This document shows positions 9,898-20,290 of a stretch of DNA of 64,000 nucleotides, piece by piece; the stretch's first letter is position 1; each line of letters opens with the position of its first letter. Source of the stretch: Gemmatimonadaceae bacterium (lineage in GTDB: Bacteria > Gemmatimonadota > Gemmatimonadetes > Gemmatimonadales > Gemmatimonadaceae); contig DASXUN010000003.1 in assembly GCA_036504815.1 (NCBI GenBank), positions 220,784 to 284,783 on the forward strand. Reading direction: 5' to 3'. A model generated the notes under the pieces. It was not told the DNA's origin and ran no database searches. It saw only the letters and a list, made by a program, of their open reading frames with translations. A program made the translations under genes and the position numbers.

Positions 9898-10089
9898 AGG
9901 CTAAAGATGCTGGCGGTGGGGCGTTTTTGGAATGCGGACGGGCCGGGCGCGACCGCGCCGGTAGATCGATCCCCCACGGCGTCGTACCTTTGAATGCTGG
10001 CGGACAGTTTGTCCCCTCCCGCTTCGCCTTGCATCACGGGCCGTCCCTGGTGCGTCGAGGCAGCCCGGTCCTGTCTCAAGCCGTCGCCC

Positions 10090-10692
10090 ATGATCACCGC
10101 CACCCTCTACGCCGACCTCAATTGCCCGTACAGCTACGCGCTGACGGCGCGCCTTGAGGTGCTGGGCCTGATGCATCGGTGCGACTGGCGCGGGGTGCAG
10201 CACGATCCCGGGTTGCCGGTGCCGCCTCGGCTGGGCGATCGCCGCGCGATGCGCGCGCTCGAGGATGATGTGGATGCGGTGCGGCGCGCCGCGCCCGATG
10301 TGGCGCTCACGCCGCCGCCGGTGAAGCCGAACACGCGGCTCGCCATCGCGGCGGTGGCCGCGGTGCATCGCCTCCACGCCACACGCGCGTCCGCCTTCCG
10401 GCGTGCGCTGGGCGCCGCGCTCTGGGTGCGCGGGGACGACATCTCCGACGGGACCGTGATCAACTCGGTGGCGGTCTGGTCTGGCGTTCCCGGGTGGGTG
10501 GACCTCGACGGGCCGGCCGGACACCGTCTCGCCGATGAATGGGACATGGACTGGGTGACGCGACGGCTGGGCGGCGTGCCGCGGCTCGTGCGTCAGGATG
10601 GACGCGTATTGTGGGGGCTCGTGTCTGCCGACGAGATCACCGAGTTCTTCACGGCACCGCTGCGCACGTCGGGCGAGTTCCGGCAGCCGTAG
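10090..10692 (+). CDS. DsbA-like thioredoxin-fold protein with a CxxS (CPYS) motif
   Basis: ORF 9994..10692. MITATLYADLNCPYSYALTARLEVLG is the usual DsbA-family N-terminus, but the second Cys is replaced by Ser. Start at ATG 10090. Confidence 0.6.
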   Translation: MITATLYADLNCPYSYALTARLEVLGLMHRCDWRGVQHDPGLPVPPRLGDRRAMRALEDDVDAVRRAAPDVALTPPPVKPNTRLAIAAVAAVHRLHATRASAFRRALGAALWVRGDDISDGTVINSVAVWSGVPGWVDLDGPAGHRLADEWDMDWVTRRLGGVPRLVRQDGRVLWGLVSADEITEFFTAPLRTSGEFRQP

Positions 10693-10753
10693 CCGGCGTT
10701 GCGGGCACCGGCGCGGCGTCCAGCGCCAGCACGATCACGGGCGGGGCAGGGCG

Positions 10754-11812
10754 CTACGTGTCGAGCGCGTCGCGATAGACCGCGAGTGTTTCCTCGTGCT
10801 GCCGTTCGACGCGGAGCCAGTCGAGATTCTGCCGTGCGGCCGTCTGCCAGCGTGCCCGCTCGGCGGGATCGTCGAGCAGCCGGACCATCGCGGCGCAGAG
10901 CGCGGTAGGATCCTTCGCGGGTACGAGGAGCCCGGCGCGTCCGTCGTCCACGGCCTCGGGCGCCCCGTCCACCGCGGTGGCGATGATCGCACACCCGCAG
11001 TCGCGCGCCTCGGCGAGCACCAGCCCGAATGGCTCGGCGTGCGAGGCGAGGACGAAGAGGGTGGCGGCCCGCAGGTAGGCACGCGGTGCGGGCTGGAAGC
11101 CCTCGAAATGGATGCGGTCGCGTGCGGCGACCGCGCGGGCGAGCGCTTCGAAGCGGGGCCGGTCGGGACCCTCTCCCACGATGTACAGATGGGCGTGAGC
11201 GTGCCGTGCACCGAGTGCGTCGAACGCAGTGATGAGGTCGGCGATGCCCTTTCGTTCATACATCCCGGCCACGGTGACGACGGCCGGCGGCTGAAGCGTC
11301 AACTCGGCCTCGGGACTTTCCGCATAGCGCGGGCTGCCAATGGTGCTGTTGCGGACGACGCGCAGCCGGTGGCGCGGCATTCCGCGGGCCGCCAGTCGGC
11401 CGACCGCCTCCTCGCTGAGCACGATGATCCGATCGGCGCCGCGCATGAGGTTGGAACTGCGCTGCCATTCGTTGTGCACGCTGGCCACCAGGCGCCACGA
11501 CGCGAACGGGCGCAGCGCGCGCGCGAGGACGTAGCCCGTGACCATATGCGCGTGCACGACCTCGATCTGCTCGCGCCGGATCAAGGCGCGCAGGGTGCGC
11601 AGGGCACGCCACAGCGTCAGCGGACGCCGGCCCTGATCGAGGTGGACATGATGCACGCCGTGCCGTGCGAGCAGCGCCTCGTACGCGCCGCCCTTCGATG
11701 CCACCCAGACGTCATGTCCCGCACGCGCCTGCAGGCACGCGAGGTCCACGGCAACGTTGACGATGCCGTTGCCGATGCGGTCGACGTGGTTGAGGAGATG
11801 AAGAATACGCAC
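10754..11812 (-). CDS. glycosyltransferase family 4 (GT-B)
   Basis: ORF 10754..11905. (V)RILHLLNHVDRIGNGIVNVAVDL is the typical GT4 N-terminus and EPFGLVLAEA is the typical C-domain. GTG start at 11812; the 31 codons upstream are encoded by the low-GC repeat and are not credible. Confidence 0.85.
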   Translation of the reverse strand: MRILHLLNHVDRIGNGIVNVAVDLACLQARAGHDVWVASKGGAYEALLARHGVHHVHLDQGRRPLTLWRALRTLRALIRREQIEVVHAHMVTGYVLARALRPFASWRLVASVHNEWQRSSNLMRGADRIIVLSEEAVGRLAARGMPRHRLRVVRNSTIGSPRYAESPEAELTLQPPAVVTVAGMYERKGIADLITAFDALGARHAHAHLYIVGEGPDRPRFEALARAVAARDRIHFEGFQPAPRAYLRAATLFVLASHAEPFGLVLAEARDCGCAIIATAVDGAPEAVDDGRAGLLVPAKDPTALCAAMVRLLDDPAERARWQTAARQNLDWLRVERQHEETLAVYRDALDT

Positions 11813-11954
11813 AGAAGAGAAACAACAGAGAGACAACAGAGAAACAACAGAGAGACAACAGAATAGTACGAAACAAAGAGGGGGCGCGCCGGAAGCTCGC
11901 CCCACCTCTGTTGTCTTTCTGTTGTTTCTCTGTTGTCTCTCTGTTGTCTCTCTG
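11812..11954. repeat. inverted repeat whose arms are 11-bp tandem repeats (CAACAGAGAGA)n
   Basis: The left arm (11812..11862) and the reverse complement of the right arm (11907..11954) each carry about 4.5 units of CAACAGAGA(G/A)A and are nearly identical. It fills the whole intergenic space between the fasciclin-gene stop and the GT4 start. Confidence 0.9.
11862..11903 (-). terminator. candidate rho-independent terminator nested in the loop of the large inverted repeat
   Basis: Minus strand reads GGGGCG-agcttccggcg-CGCCCC followed by CTCTTTGTTTCGTACTATT (U-rich). Confidence 0.5.
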
Positions 11955-11957
11955 CGG

Positions 11958-12500
11958 TTAGGGCACTATCACCCCATCCACCACATGCACCATCCCATTG
12001 GAGCCGCGCACCGAGGCGAGGATCTTCGCGTCGATGATGAACGTGTCGGCGCCCTTCTTGTGGATGGTGGCGTTCGTGCCGTCGGCCATGGAGAGGACCT
12101 GTCCATCGCTGAACTGATCGACGTCGAGGGCGGAGGTCGTGACGTGGTGCTGGAGCACGAGGCGCAGCTTCTCCTTGTTCGCGGGCTTCAGCAGGTCGTC
12201 GACCGTGCCCTTGGGCAGCTTGTCGAACGCCGCGTTGGTCGGCGCGAAGACGGTGAACGGCCCGGCGTTGGCGAGCGCGTTGACGAGATCGCCAGCCTGC
12301 AGCGCGGCGACGAGCGTCGTGTGGTCCTTGGAGCCAACCGCGATCTTGACGACATCCTTCGCGGAGTCGTTGTCCTGCACATTGGCCTGGCCGGCCGCTG
12401 GCGCGGCATCGGCCGTGGCGCCGGACTCGGCGCCGCCGCCGCACCCGGCGAGCGTGAGGAGCGCGAGTAAGGCAGGAAGGGCGGTACGGGACGTGCGCAT
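11958..12500 (-). CDS. fasciclin (FAS1) domain lipoprotein
   Basis: ORF 11958..12797. MRTSRTALPALLALLTLAGC lipobox gives a start at 12500. FAS1 pattern TVFAPTNAAFDKLPKGTVDDLL...LQHHV. Confidence 0.85.
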   Translation of the reverse strand: MRTSRTALPALLALLTLAGCGGGAESGATADAAPAAGQANVQDNDSAKDVVKIAVGSKDHTTLVAALQAGDLVNALANAGPFTVFAPTNAAFDKLPKGTVDDLLKPANKEKLRLVLQHHVTTSALDVDQFSDGQVLSMADGTNATIHKKGADTFIIDAKILASVRGSNGMVHVVDGVIVP

Positions 12501-12751
12501 GGCGATCACCTCGTGCGTGGGGTGGCGGAAAGGAACGAAACACATGGTGGTCGCCCCGGCCGCCGGCGGCGTCGCGGGGTGGGGAACGCGGCGAAGCCGA
12601 GTTCGCCCGGCGCCGGGACCGCGGTCAGAATAGGGCTTCGGCGCGACGCCCGCAGTCGGGGGCTTCGGGGACACGGCGTCGGACAAAAGAGGACTAGTAC
12701 ATACCTCTATTGTGGTCGCCGGACAGCCCGAAAATGGGCGCCGGATGGCCC

Positions 12752-12791
12752 GGAAAACGCAAACGGGGTACCGGCCGGCGCCGATACCCCG
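12752..12791 (-). terminator. rho-independent terminator downstream of tRNA-Asn
   Basis: Minus strand reads CGGGGTA-tcggcgccggccgg-TACCCCG followed by TTTGCGTTTTCC. Confidence 0.6.
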
Positions 12792-12804
12792 CTGCAATGT
12801 TGAG

Positions 12805-12877
12805 CTCCCGAGGAGGGACTTGAACCCCCGACCCGACGATTAACAGTCGTCTGCTCTACCACCTGAGCTACTCGGGA
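12805..12877 (-). tRNA. tRNA-Asn (anticodon GUU)
   Basis: Reverse complement TCCCGAG TA GCTC AGGTGGTA GAGC A GACGA CTGTTAA TCGTC GGGTC GGGGG TTCAAGT CCCTC CTCGGGA G folds as a cloverleaf. CCA is not encoded. Confidence 0.9.
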
Positions 12878-12929
12878 AGAGACGCTAAAAATACCCGGGG
12901 TGGGCAGGCAATTCAAGCGCCTGAACGAC

Positions 12930-12990
12930 GATTGGGGATCGGGAATCCGGATTGGGATTCAGGACTTCGATTGAGGATCACGACTGGCGA
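12930..12990. repeat. GGATT/GATCG-type short-period (6-7 bp) repeat tract
   Basis: gattggg gatcggg aatccg gattggg attcagg acttc gattgag gatcacg actggc gatta. Lies between the uvrA stop and the tRNA-Asn 5' side. Confidence 0.8.
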
Positions 12991-15825
<2,835 letters not shown>

Positions 15826-15836
15826 GCCTGAAACTT

Positions 15837-15872
15837 AGGATCGGGAATCCCGAATTCGATACAGGATTGCGA
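15837..15872. repeat. GGATT/AATCC-type short-period repeat tract
   Basis: aggatcg ggaatcc cgaattc gatacag gattgcg. Lies in the divergent uvrA / ABC-exporter intergenic region. Confidence 0.7.
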
Positions 15873-15987
15873 GCCCGGAGGGGACCGGTGGATGCGTGCG
15901 TGGCGACCCCGGGAGCGTCGCGGGTGCAGGGGGCTCAGCGACGGCACCGCAGGGCGATACCGGGGGCGGCCCGTTAGTTTCCGAACA

Positions 15988-17886
15988 ATGCCCGACGCTG
16001 TTCACGACGAGGAACGCCCCGCCCGCGTATTCGATGGCCGCCTCGCGAGGCGGCTGGCGGGTTACGTCCGGCCGCACCTCGCCCTGGCGCTCGGGGCGCT
16101 CGCCTTGCTGCTGGTTGAGGGCCTGCTGCAGCTGGTCGGCCCACTGCTCACGCGCCGGATCATCGATGTCGCGCTGCCGGCGCACGATTACGCCGAGGTG
16201 GCGCAGCTCTCGGGGCTGTTCGTGGCGGCGCTCGCGGTGCAGTTCGCCACCGACTACGGGCAGATGGTGCTCACGGCCCTGCTCGGCCAGCGGGCGATGC
16301 ACGACCTGCGGTGCGCCCTGTTTGATCATCTGCAGAAATTGTCCATCGCCTTCTTCGACGCGACGCCGGTGGGCCGGCTCGTCACGCGGGTGACGTCGGA
16401 TGTCGAGTCGCTGAACGAACTCTTCACCGCCGGGGTGATCGCCGCGGTGGGCGACCTGACCGCGCTGCTCGCCATCGGCGTCGTGATGTTCTCCATTGAC
16501 TGGCGGCTCACGCTGGCGGCCTTCACCGTCGTGCCGGCCATCTACCTCGTCTCGCACGTCTTTCAATCGAGGGTGCGAGAGGCGTACCGCGACATTCGCG
16601 CGCGGGTGGCCCGCCTGAACGCGTTCCTGCAGGAGCGGCTGACCGGAATTCGCGTCGTGCAGCTGTTCGGACGCGAGGACGATGAGGCGCGGTCGTTTGC
16701 CTCGCTCAATGCGTCGCACCTCGGCGCCCAGCTCGCCTCGGTGCGCGTCTACGCGCTCTACTTTCCCGCCATCGAACTGCTGACCACCATCGCCCTCGCG
16801 ATGCTCATCGTCACCGCCGTCTCGCGGGTGCACGCGGGGCTCGTGACGGTGGGGACTGTGGCCGCCTTCCTGCAGCTGTCGCGCCGCTTCTTCCAGCCGC
16901 TGCAGGACCTGTCGGACAAGTACAACATCCTGCAGCAGGCCATGGCATCCGCCGAGCGGGTCTTCGCCCTTCTCGATACGCGGCCGACCGTCCCGGATCA
17001 GGGGACCTCGCGGCCGATCCGCCGCGCGGGCGCGGGCGTGACGGTCGCCTTCGAGGGCGTGTGGTTCCGTTACCCTGAGCGCGGGACCGCAACGGCGGTG
17101 CGCGACTCGGCACGTGCAGAGCGCGAAACGCCGATGGCCGTCGACGCCGCCGAGTCGACCGACGTGCGGTGGGTGCTCCGCGACGTCTCGTTCCGCGTCG
17201 GGCCGGGCGAGACACTGGCGCTCATTGGCCACACCGGGGCGGGAAAGACGACCGTGGTGAACCTGCTGCTGCGGTTCTACGATCCGCAGCGCGGTCGCAT
17301 CACCATCGACGGGACGGACATTCGGTCGCTCCCCGTGTCGGAGTTGCGGTCGCTCGTGGGCTACGTGCAGCAGGACATCTTCCTCTTCGCCGACGACATC
17401 GCGACCAACATCCGCCTTTCGGCGCCGCTGACGGACGCCGTGGTGGAGCAGGCGGCCAGGCGCGTGGGGGCCGACCGCATCATCGCGCGGCTTCCCGGCG
17501 GCTATGCCCACCGCCTCTCTGAACGCGGCGCATCGGTGTCGGTGGGCGAGCGCCAACTGCTCTCGTTTGCACGCGCGGTGGCGGCCGATCCGGCCCTCCT
17601 GGTGCTCGATGAGGCGACGAGCGCGGTGGACAGTCGCATCGAAGCCGACATCCAGCGGGCACTCCGGGAACTGATGGCTGGACGGACCACCATCGCCATT
17701 GCGCATCGGCTCAGCACCATCGTGGCGGCGACGGAAATTCTGGTCATGCACCACGGCGAAGTGCGGGAGCGGGGCACCCACCAGCAACTCCTGGAGGCGG
17801 GCGGACTTTATGCCCGACTTTCTCGGCTCGAACGCGCCGGATCGGGGGACGGAAACAGGGTTGCCACCCCTGTTTTCGGCGGGTAG
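15988..17886 (+). CDS. ABC exporter, fused permease and ATPase (MsbA/multidrug type)
   Basis: ORF 15892..17886. Six-helix TMD. Walker A GHTGAGKTT, signature LSVGERQLLSFARA, Walker B LLVLDEATSAVD. Start at ATG 15988 (MPDAVHDE). Confidence 0.9.
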   Translation: MPDAVHDEERPARVFDGRLARRLAGYVRPHLALALGALALLLVEGLLQLVGPLLTRRIIDVALPAHDYAEVAQLSGLFVAALAVQFATDYGQMVLTALLGQRAMHDLRCALFDHLQKLSIAFFDATPVGRLVTRVTSDVESLNELFTAGVIAAVGDLTALLAIGVVMFSIDWRLTLAAFTVVPAIYLVSHVFQSRVREAYRDIRARVARLNAFLQERLTGIRVVQLFGREDDEARSFASLNASHLGAQLASVRVYALYFPAIELLTTIALAMLIVTAVSRVHAGLVTVGTVAAFLQLSRRFFQPLQDLSDKYNILQQAMASAERVFALLDTRPTVPDQGTSRPIRRAGAGVTVAFEGVWFRYPERGTATAVRDSARAERETPMAVDAAESTDVRWVLRDVSFRVGPGETLALIGHTGAGKTTVVNLLLRFYDPQRGRITIDGTDIRSLPVSELRSLVGYVQQDIFLFADDIATNIRLSAPLTDAVVEQAARRVGADRIIARLPGGYAHRLSERGASVSVGERQLLSFARAVAADPALLVLDEATSAVDSRIEADIQRALRELMAGRTTIAIAHRLSTIVAATEILVMHHGEVRERGTHQQLLEAGGLYARLSRLERAGSGDGNRVATPVFGG

Positions 17887-17898
17887 CTTCACGGGGCA

Positions 17899-19338
17899 AT
17901 GGCCTATCTCCAGTTCCACGGAACGCAGTATCCCGTCCCCGCCGAGGGACTGACCGTCGGGTGCCACGACGGCGCCGCGTTGCGGCTTCCCGGCGACGAC
18001 TCCACCGTGCGGGCGGTCGTGACGGTGGCCGCAGACGGGAGCGCCGTGATCCGGCGCGACGCGGCGGACGCCGTGATACTGGTCAATGGCGTTCAACTGG
18101 GGCTGGAGCCCAGTCCGCTCCTCCACGGCGACAAGGTGGAGATGGCCGGCGAGGAACTGCGCTTTGGCGACGTCAAGGCGGGGGGGAGCACCCAGTTTGT
18201 CTCGGGCGCGCAGGTCGCCGAGATGGCACGCGCCAGGGCCGCCGGCGCGCCGGCCAAGCCGACGCTCGCGCGCGGCGGACGCCTCGTGTCGCTCACCGAC
18301 GGCCGTGAGTACGTGGTGCCCGATGACGGCGTCACGATCGGTCGCGAGGTCGGGAACGACGTGGTGATTGCGTCTTCCGAGGTGTCGCGCAAGCACGCCG
18401 AGATCGTGCCGATGCCGGGTGGATATCACCTGAACGACCTGAGCACGAACGGCGTCTTCGTGAACGGCGTTCGCATCGAACAGAAGCAGGTGCTCGGCCG
18501 CGGCGACGTCATCAAGATTGGTCCGGAAGAGTTCCGGTTCTACGCGGACCAGGCCAAGGCCGCCACCGCCCCGCCGCCGCCGGCGCCGGCGCCTGTCATG
18601 GCACCGCCGGTGCCTCCGACGCCCGCGCCGACTCCGGTCGCCGCGCCGGTCGCCGCGGCTCCCGCGGCTCCGCCGAAGGTACCCGAGGTGGCTCTGGATC
18701 TGGAGTCCGCCATCGCGTCGGCGGCGGTTCCGACACCGCCCGTGCCGAGTGCGCATGCGCCGAGCGCGCCGACGCCGGTGGCTGCGACACCGGCCGCGCC
18801 GAAGGCGCCGGCCAGCGCCGCGCCGGCCGGTCGTGCGCCGCTGGCCACGCTCGAGATCGTCAATGAGGGGCCGCTGAAGGGCACGAAGTTCGAAATCCAC
18901 TCTGCGCTGACCAATGTCGGTCGCGGGGCGCACAACGATATCGTCCTCAACGATGAGAGCGTCTCCGATTCTCACGCCAAGATCCAGCGGCGGGAGAACG
19001 GCTGGTTCATCGTCGACCAGGAATCCACGAACGGCACCTATGTCGGTGGCCGTCGTGTGCAGGGCGAGCATCGCGTAGAGGGGGCGCCGGATGTCCGCTT
19101 CGGCGGCATCAAGATGACGTTCCGTCCCGTTGCGGTTGCCGGCGACGAGGCGGGTGGTACGCGCGCCATCGCCGCCGTGTCGGTCGATCAGGCTCGCAAG
19201 TCGACGGTGGCCAAGCCGGCGGCGCCGGTTCCCGCCGAGTCGTCGAAGAAGGGATGCGGGGCAATGATTGCGTTCCTCATGACAGCGGCCGCCGCCGGGG
19301 CGTCGCTGCTCGCCATTCTGTTCTCCACGGGGCGCTAG
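17899..19338 (+). CDS. multi-FHA-domain protein with Pro/Ala-rich linker and C-terminal TM anchor
   Basis: FHA-like units: TIGREVGNDVVIASSEVSRKHAEI...NGVFVNG and VGRGAHNDIVLNDESVSDSHAKI...STNGTYVGG, plus a degenerate N-terminal unit. C-terminal AMIAFLMTAAAAGASLLAILF. Confidence 0.85.
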   Translation: MAYLQFHGTQYPVPAEGLTVGCHDGAALRLPGDDSTVRAVVTVAADGSAVIRRDAADAVILVNGVQLGLEPSPLLHGDKVEMAGEELRFGDVKAGGSTQFVSGAQVAEMARARAAGAPAKPTLARGGRLVSLTDGREYVVPDDGVTIGREVGNDVVIASSEVSRKHAEIVPMPGGYHLNDLSTNGVFVNGVRIEQKQVLGRGDVIKIGPEEFRFYADQAKAATAPPPPAPAPVMAPPVPPTPAPTPVAAPVAAAPAAPPKVPEVALDLESAIASAAVPTPPVPSAHAPSAPTPVAATPAAPKAPASAAPAGRAPLATLEIVNEGPLKGTKFEIHSALTNVGRGAHNDIVLNDESVSDSHAKIQRRENGWFIVDQESTNGTYVGGRRVQGEHRVEGAPDVRFGGIKMTFRPVAVAGDEAGGTRAIAAVSVDQARKSTVAKPAAPVPAESSKKGCGAMIAFLMTAAAAGASLLAILFSTGR

Positions 19339-19341
19339 CTC

Positions 19342-20097
19342 GTGCATCTCGCTGTTGCCGCCCGATCCGACGTCGGTATGGTCCGATCGGGCAACGAAGA
19401 CTCATTCTTCGCCGAAGCGGACTCGCGACGCGGCGTATTCATGGTCGCCGACGGCATGGGCGGTCACGCCGCGGGCGAGGTGGCCAGCGAGATGGCGGTG
19501 CAGATCGTCGCCCGCGCGCTGCTGCAGCTCGAGAGCGTGATGCAGCGTGACGCCGCCGAGCGGACCGCGCAGTCCCTGCGCGACGCGAACCGCGCGATCT
19601 ACGACCGCATGCTGGCCGAGACGGACAAGCAGGGGATGGGCACCACGGCCTCGGTGCTGCTGCTCTCGGACGGTCACTACCTCATCGGCCAGATCGGCGA
19701 CTCGCGCATCTACATGCTGCGCGATGGCGCGCTCACGCAGCTCACCAAGGATCACTCCTACGTGCAGGAGCAGGTGGATGCGGGGCTCCTGACGCCGGAG
19801 CAGGCGCGGTACCATCCGTACAGCAACGTCATCACGCGCTGCGTGGGGGCGAGCGAGGCGGTCGAGCCGGACCTCTACGCGGGCGAAGCGAAGGTCGGAG
19901 ACGTCTTCCTCGTGGCGTCGGATGGCCTGACCGGCATGGTGGACGACCGGCGGCTGCAGCAGATCCTGCTGGCGCGCTCGGGACCGGGGCGCATCGTCGA
20001 CTCGCTGATCGCCGAGGCCAACGGGCGCGGCGGGCTCGACAACATCACGGCCATCGTCGTGCAGGTCGTGGGCGCCGACACCGCCAGCGACGGGTGA
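19342..20097 (+). CDS. PP2C-family Ser/Thr protein phosphatase
   Basis: RSDVGMVRSGNEDSF...FMVADGMGGHAAGEVAS...LVASDGL...DNITAIVV. GTG start 3 nt after the FHA-gene stop. Confidence 0.9.
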   Translation: MHLAVAARSDVGMVRSGNEDSFFAEADSRRGVFMVADGMGGHAAGEVASEMAVQIVARALLQLESVMQRDAAERTAQSLRDANRAIYDRMLAETDKQGMGTTASVLLLSDGHYLIGQIGDSRIYMLRDGALTQLTKDHSYVQEQVDAGLLTPEQARYHPYSNVITRCVGASEAVEPDLYAGEAKVGDVFLVASDGLTGMVDDRRLQQILLARSGPGRIVDSLIAEANGRGGLDNITAIVVQVVGADTASDG

Positions 20098-20110
20098 GTC
20101 GGGGCACGCG

Positions 20111-20290
20111 ATGAGCGACCAGCCCGAGACCGTCGGTTCGGTGTCGGAACTTTACCTGGGCAACATCCTGTACGCCCTCGAGTCGTGCGCGCTGACGCTC
20201 GAGGGAGAGGGGAAGAGTGCCGACGCCGCCTTCTATCGCGGCATTGCGCGCAAGCTCGCCGAGGCGTACGGCCGCGCGAAGGGCGAGTGA
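20111..20290 (+). CDS. small hypothetical protein (59 aa)
   Basis: Below the ORF-track size cutoff. ATG 20111 to TGA 20288-20290: MSDQPETVGSVSELYLGNILYALESCALTLEGEGKSADAAFYRGIARKLAEAYGRAKGE. GC3-rich codons. The stop overlaps the GTG of the next gene (GTGA). Confidence 0.45.
   Translation: MSDQPETVGSVSELYLGNILYALESCALTLEGEGKSADAAFYRGIARKLAEAYGRAKGE

Noticed and set aside
9898-10089. Possible purine-type riboswitch or leader upstream of purEK
   Set aside because: I could not recognise any conserved riboswitch core or convincing terminator/antiterminator pair by eye. An Rfam scan would be needed before any claim.
11617-12543. ORFs reading through the 11-bp repeat element, giving ..ERQQRDNRETTERQQR.. 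and ..CCLSVVSLL.. peptides. ORF 10598..11866 and the first 31 codons of ORF 10754..11905 do the same.
   Set aside because: These peptides are direct translations of the tandem and inverted repeat. The flanking real genes (fasciclin, GT4) have their own well-placed start and stop, and the repeat has non-coding composition.
18540-18800. Pro/Ala-rich stretch in the FHA protein and the overlapping ORFs on both strands
   Set aside because: It is a low-complexity linker within a single well-supported gene. The overlapping ORFs (18518..18877, 18540..18950, 18596..18790) are alternative-frame artefacts.
15835-19347. 1170-aa minus-strand ORF
   Set aside because: It is antisense to the ABC exporter and the FHA gene, both of which have clear motifs. 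The product is Arg/Gly-rich with no domain signature.
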